From the NCBI GenBank assembly GCA_963784055.1, contig CAWAPY010000014.1, positions 395,634 through 459,633 on the forward strand: a DNA stretch of 64,000 nt, read 5' to 3'. The DNA comes from an uncultured Actinomycetota bacterium. Lineage in GTDB: Bacteria; Actinomycetota; UBA4738; HRBIN12. The position numbers and the translations under genes were made by a program. Under the pieces are notes generated by a model, which ran no database searches, had not been told where the DNA came from, and worked only from the letters and a program-made list of their open reading frames with translations. Positions 62,084 to 64,000 of the stretch are shown here, in pieces (the stretch's first letter is position 1; every line of letters starts with the position of its first letter).

Positions 62084-63407
62084 ATCGAGATTCGGCCAAG
62101 AGCTAAGAGATCGCCTCGCAAGGACAAGCTTCGAGGACGATCTTGCTGACCTCCGAGAGCGCCGGAATCGACGAAGGACCGCAAGCCGAACAGCCGCAGC
62201 CACGGTCGCATTGCTCGTGTCGGTCGGGGCCGGCGTGCTCGTATGGGATGCGTTCCGCCCTCTCGGAGGCGGGAATGAGCGGCGTGAAAGCATTGCGACG
62301 CCAGGCCCGGAAGTCGCGGCCGCTGGAACAGTTCCGGAGGGCCGGTTGGTAGTCCGAACCGGATCAGAGCTCGCGCTCGTTGCGTCGGGCCGGAGCCAGG
62401 CGACGCGGCTCGCATCTGCGGATCCTCTGGAGTACACCATGTCGCCCGACGGGACCACCGTGGCGGGGAGGTTGGCTCGCCGAGAGGACTCGGGGCTGTT
62501 TCGGCCGTTCGCTCTCGAGCTGATAGACGCGAGCACCGGGCAGCGCGAGGTCCTTACGGAAGCCGGACCTCAAGAGGCATTCGGTCTTGTTATCTGGTCA
62601 CCCGACGGCCAACGCCTTGCCTACATCCGCGGCGAATGGGGCCGCGATGTCACGCACGGAGCGTTCCCGGGAGGAGAGCCAAGAGTACAGCACCCCTGTG
62701 TCATCGCGGTCGATGGCGCTTCCAGCACTTGCTATCCGGAACTGGACCCGGTACTTTCAATCGCCTGGTCCCCCGATGGAGGTTCCCTGTGGCTGGGATC
62801 GGGATTCTCCATCCGGGTTCTCGACGTCGCTACGGGAGCCGTGTCGACAGCGGTGCCGGAAAACGGCGGGCCCGAGGTGCTGAAGGCGCTTGAGCAGCTC
62901 GGATTCGCCGGTGTGGAGAGTGTCCAATTTGTTGACCCTGCGCCGTCCAGCAGCGGCGAGTTCGTCGCTGCTGTCGCCTTCTTCGAAACGACATCCGGCC
63001 GAAGCATGTCTGTTCCAATGATCTTCGACGCAGCCGACGGCTCACTGCGAGCAACGGGCATGGCGAACCCCGACCTCTCTCAGTCGGCTTGGTCGCCGAC
63101 GAAGGACATGTTCGCCTACTCGACGGGCGTCGTCGGCATTTCGCGGCCCGGTGACCCACCGCTGGGTGTGCGGGTGCTCGCGCCTTCTGGTGACGACCAG
63201 CTCTTGGTCTCGACTGCAGACATTCCGAACATCGAAGGGGAGAGCGACCCCTTCATCGTTCGTCTGAAATGGAGTCCGTCCGGTGAGTGGCTTGCCATCG
63301 GCGGCCGCGAGCAGATCACGATCGTGGGTGCTGCCGGGGAATCTGTACAGACAGTAGACCCGTTCGAGCCGTTTGAAGACAGCGAGTTGCTCGACTGGGG
63401 GAGGTAG
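62067..63407 (+). CDS. single-pass membrane protein with extracytoplasmic TolB/WD40-like beta-propeller (anti-sigma-like position)
   Basis: The ATG at 62067 follows GGGAGG and overlaps the sigma gene end. After about 40 cytoplasmic residues comes a TM helix TAAATVALLVSVGAGVLVW. Repeats then follow with MSPDG, WSPDGQRLAY, WSPDGGSLW, WSPTKDMFAY and WSPSGEWLA. No zinc-binding anti-sigma motif is present. An alternative start is 62007. Confidence 0.75.
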   Translation: MPTGDESRFGQELRDRLARTSFEDDLADLRERRNRRRTASRTAAATVALLVSVGAGVLVWDAFRPLGGGNERRESIATPGPEVAAAGTVPEGRLVVRTGSELALVASGRSQATRLASADPLEYTMSPDGTTVAGRLARREDSGLFRPFALELIDASTGQREVLTEAGPQEAFGLVIWSPDGQRLAYIRGEWGRDVTHGAFPGGEPRVQHPCVIAVDGASSTCYPELDPVLSIAWSPDGGSLWLGSGFSIRVLDVATGAVSTAVPENGGPEVLKALEQLGFAGVESVQFVDPAPSSSGEFVAAVAFFETTSGRSMSVPMIFDAADGSLRATGMANPDLSQSAWSPTKDMFAYSTGVVGISRPGDPPLGVRVLAPSGDDQLLVSTADIPNIEGESDPFIVRLKWSPSGEWLAIGGREQITIVGAAGESVQTVDPFEPFEDSELLDWGR

Positions 63408-63696
63408 TTGGTAGGCACAACCCTTTGGTAGAGGCGCGTAAAGAGAGCGGGCTTGAGGCCACCATCTCATGCTCTATGGCCGGAGTGATTGCCGTGGGCC
63501 TCGTGCCGTGCAACCGGCCGCCCGTTTCGAGGCTGGCTAAAGGAGCTATTGGCGGACTCAAGTGGATGGCCACGGTTGGAGTCTCCACGCCTGGTGGCAG
63601 TCCGGGGACTTCGGTCCTCCGACACCCGAGCTCCTTGCAGGAACGCTCGCGGCCCGAAGAGCTTCACGGCCCTCCGGCCTCTCTCATTCCCCTCAC

Positions 63697-63867
63697 TCAG
63701 CGACGATCGCTGGAGGAGCCTCTGACATTCGGAGCGATGATCCTGGTTTGGCTCATACGCCCTTTTCGACGCCGGGCCAACCGTGCGGCCTCGCAGTCGG
63801 GGCAGTAACCATCGGCGTTCGTCGTGAGTGCCCCACATCGCGTGCACCCCGTGAACCAGGTCTTCAT
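63697..63867 (-). CDS. small zinc-ribbon protein (56 aa), hypothetical
   Basis: The product is MKTWFTGCTRCGALTTNADGYCPDCEAARLARRRKG..., with two CxxC pairs. Its ATG overlaps (ATGA) the stop of a 36-aa upstream ORF (63864..63974, MRKATFGVSLDPERRMSQRLLARIIDRG...). It is below the ORF-track size cutoff. Confidence 0.3.
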   Translation of the reverse strand: MKTWFTGCTRCGALTTNADGYCPDCEAARLARRRKGRMSQTRIIAPNVRGSSSDRR

Positions 63868-64000
63868 CGCGTCCTCGATTTCTGGTTTGCGCCGCGATCG
63901 ATGATGCGCGCAAGCAGTCGCTGACTCATCCGTCTTTCGGGGTCCAGCGACACACCGAACGTCGCTTTTCGCATCGCCGACGACCGAGCCTCAACGTCGT

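Larger units (their letters stand above)
55101..64000. mobile_element. integrated element / genomic island at the 3' end of tRNA-Leu(GAG); the right boundary was not found and may lie beyond the window
   Basis: The conserved core ends at secG and the tRNA. A serine integrase abuts the tRNA and a replication-relaxation-family gene follows. From ~57.5 kb G+C falls: 58501-58560 has 32/60 G+C and 60541-60600 has 35/60, against 45/60 at 10261-10320. The gene content is accessory. Confidence 0.6.

Noticed and set aside
63616-63626. An 11-nt exact match (CCTCCGACACC) to the 3' end of tRNA-Leu(GAG) (55111-55121), which could mark an attR-type direct repeat and the right end of the island.
   Set aside because: The match is too short. 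The flanking bases do not resemble the tRNA T-arm. G+C does not return to core level after it. Serine integrases also do not require long direct repeats. I kept it only as a place to look once comparative data exist.

Overview
This is a high-GC chromosomal segment that looks Actinomycetota-like; sampled core lines are about 70-75% G+C.

**Core (nt 1 to ~55,000).** Almost everything here is conserved housekeeping or transport:
- the dnaE 3' end, then a HisA/PriA-type isomerase directly ahead of trpC-trpB-trpA
- a complete LIV-type branched-chain amino-acid ABC system, an ornithine-cyclodeaminase-family gene and tRNA-Leu(CAA)
- two paralogous polar-amino-acid ABC loci, an FTR1 iron permease, polA, rpsA, coaE and an ABC-2 exporter
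- uvrB, uvrA and uvrC, a class-III cyclase/STAND/TPR regulator, a sulfite-oxidase-family molybdoenzyme, a class-V aminotransferase and an S9 peptidase
- a repeat/cupredoxin lipoprotein, rapZ, gap-pgk-tpiA, an Opp/Dpp-type peptide ABC operon, secG and tRNA-Leu(GAG)

**Integrated element (55.1 kb to the window end).** It starts at the 3' end of tRNA-Leu(GAG) with a large serine recombinase and a replication-relaxation-family protein. A lower-GC cargo follows (about 53-58% in sampled lines) and holds the most unusual content of the window. That content is a mauE-mauD-mauA-like cassette: a MauE-type membrane protein, a MauD-type thioredoxin and a Tat-signal protein with 22 Cys. A polytopic membrane protein, an ECF sigma factor and a membrane-anchored beta-propeller follow it. 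No methylamine dehydrogenase heavy subunit, MauG or amicyanin is in reach.

**Frame changes.** I count roughly 45-50 apparent single-base frame changes. They cluster strongly in transporter genes but also hit dnaE, polA and rpsA. Two sites I inspected sit at homopolymer runs, so assembly indels are the leading explanation. Multiply disrupted genes are typed pseudogene, meaning 'as assembled'.

**Limits.** All functional calls come from family and motif recognition by eye; no searches were run. I saw no rRNA gene, CRISPR array or IS element.
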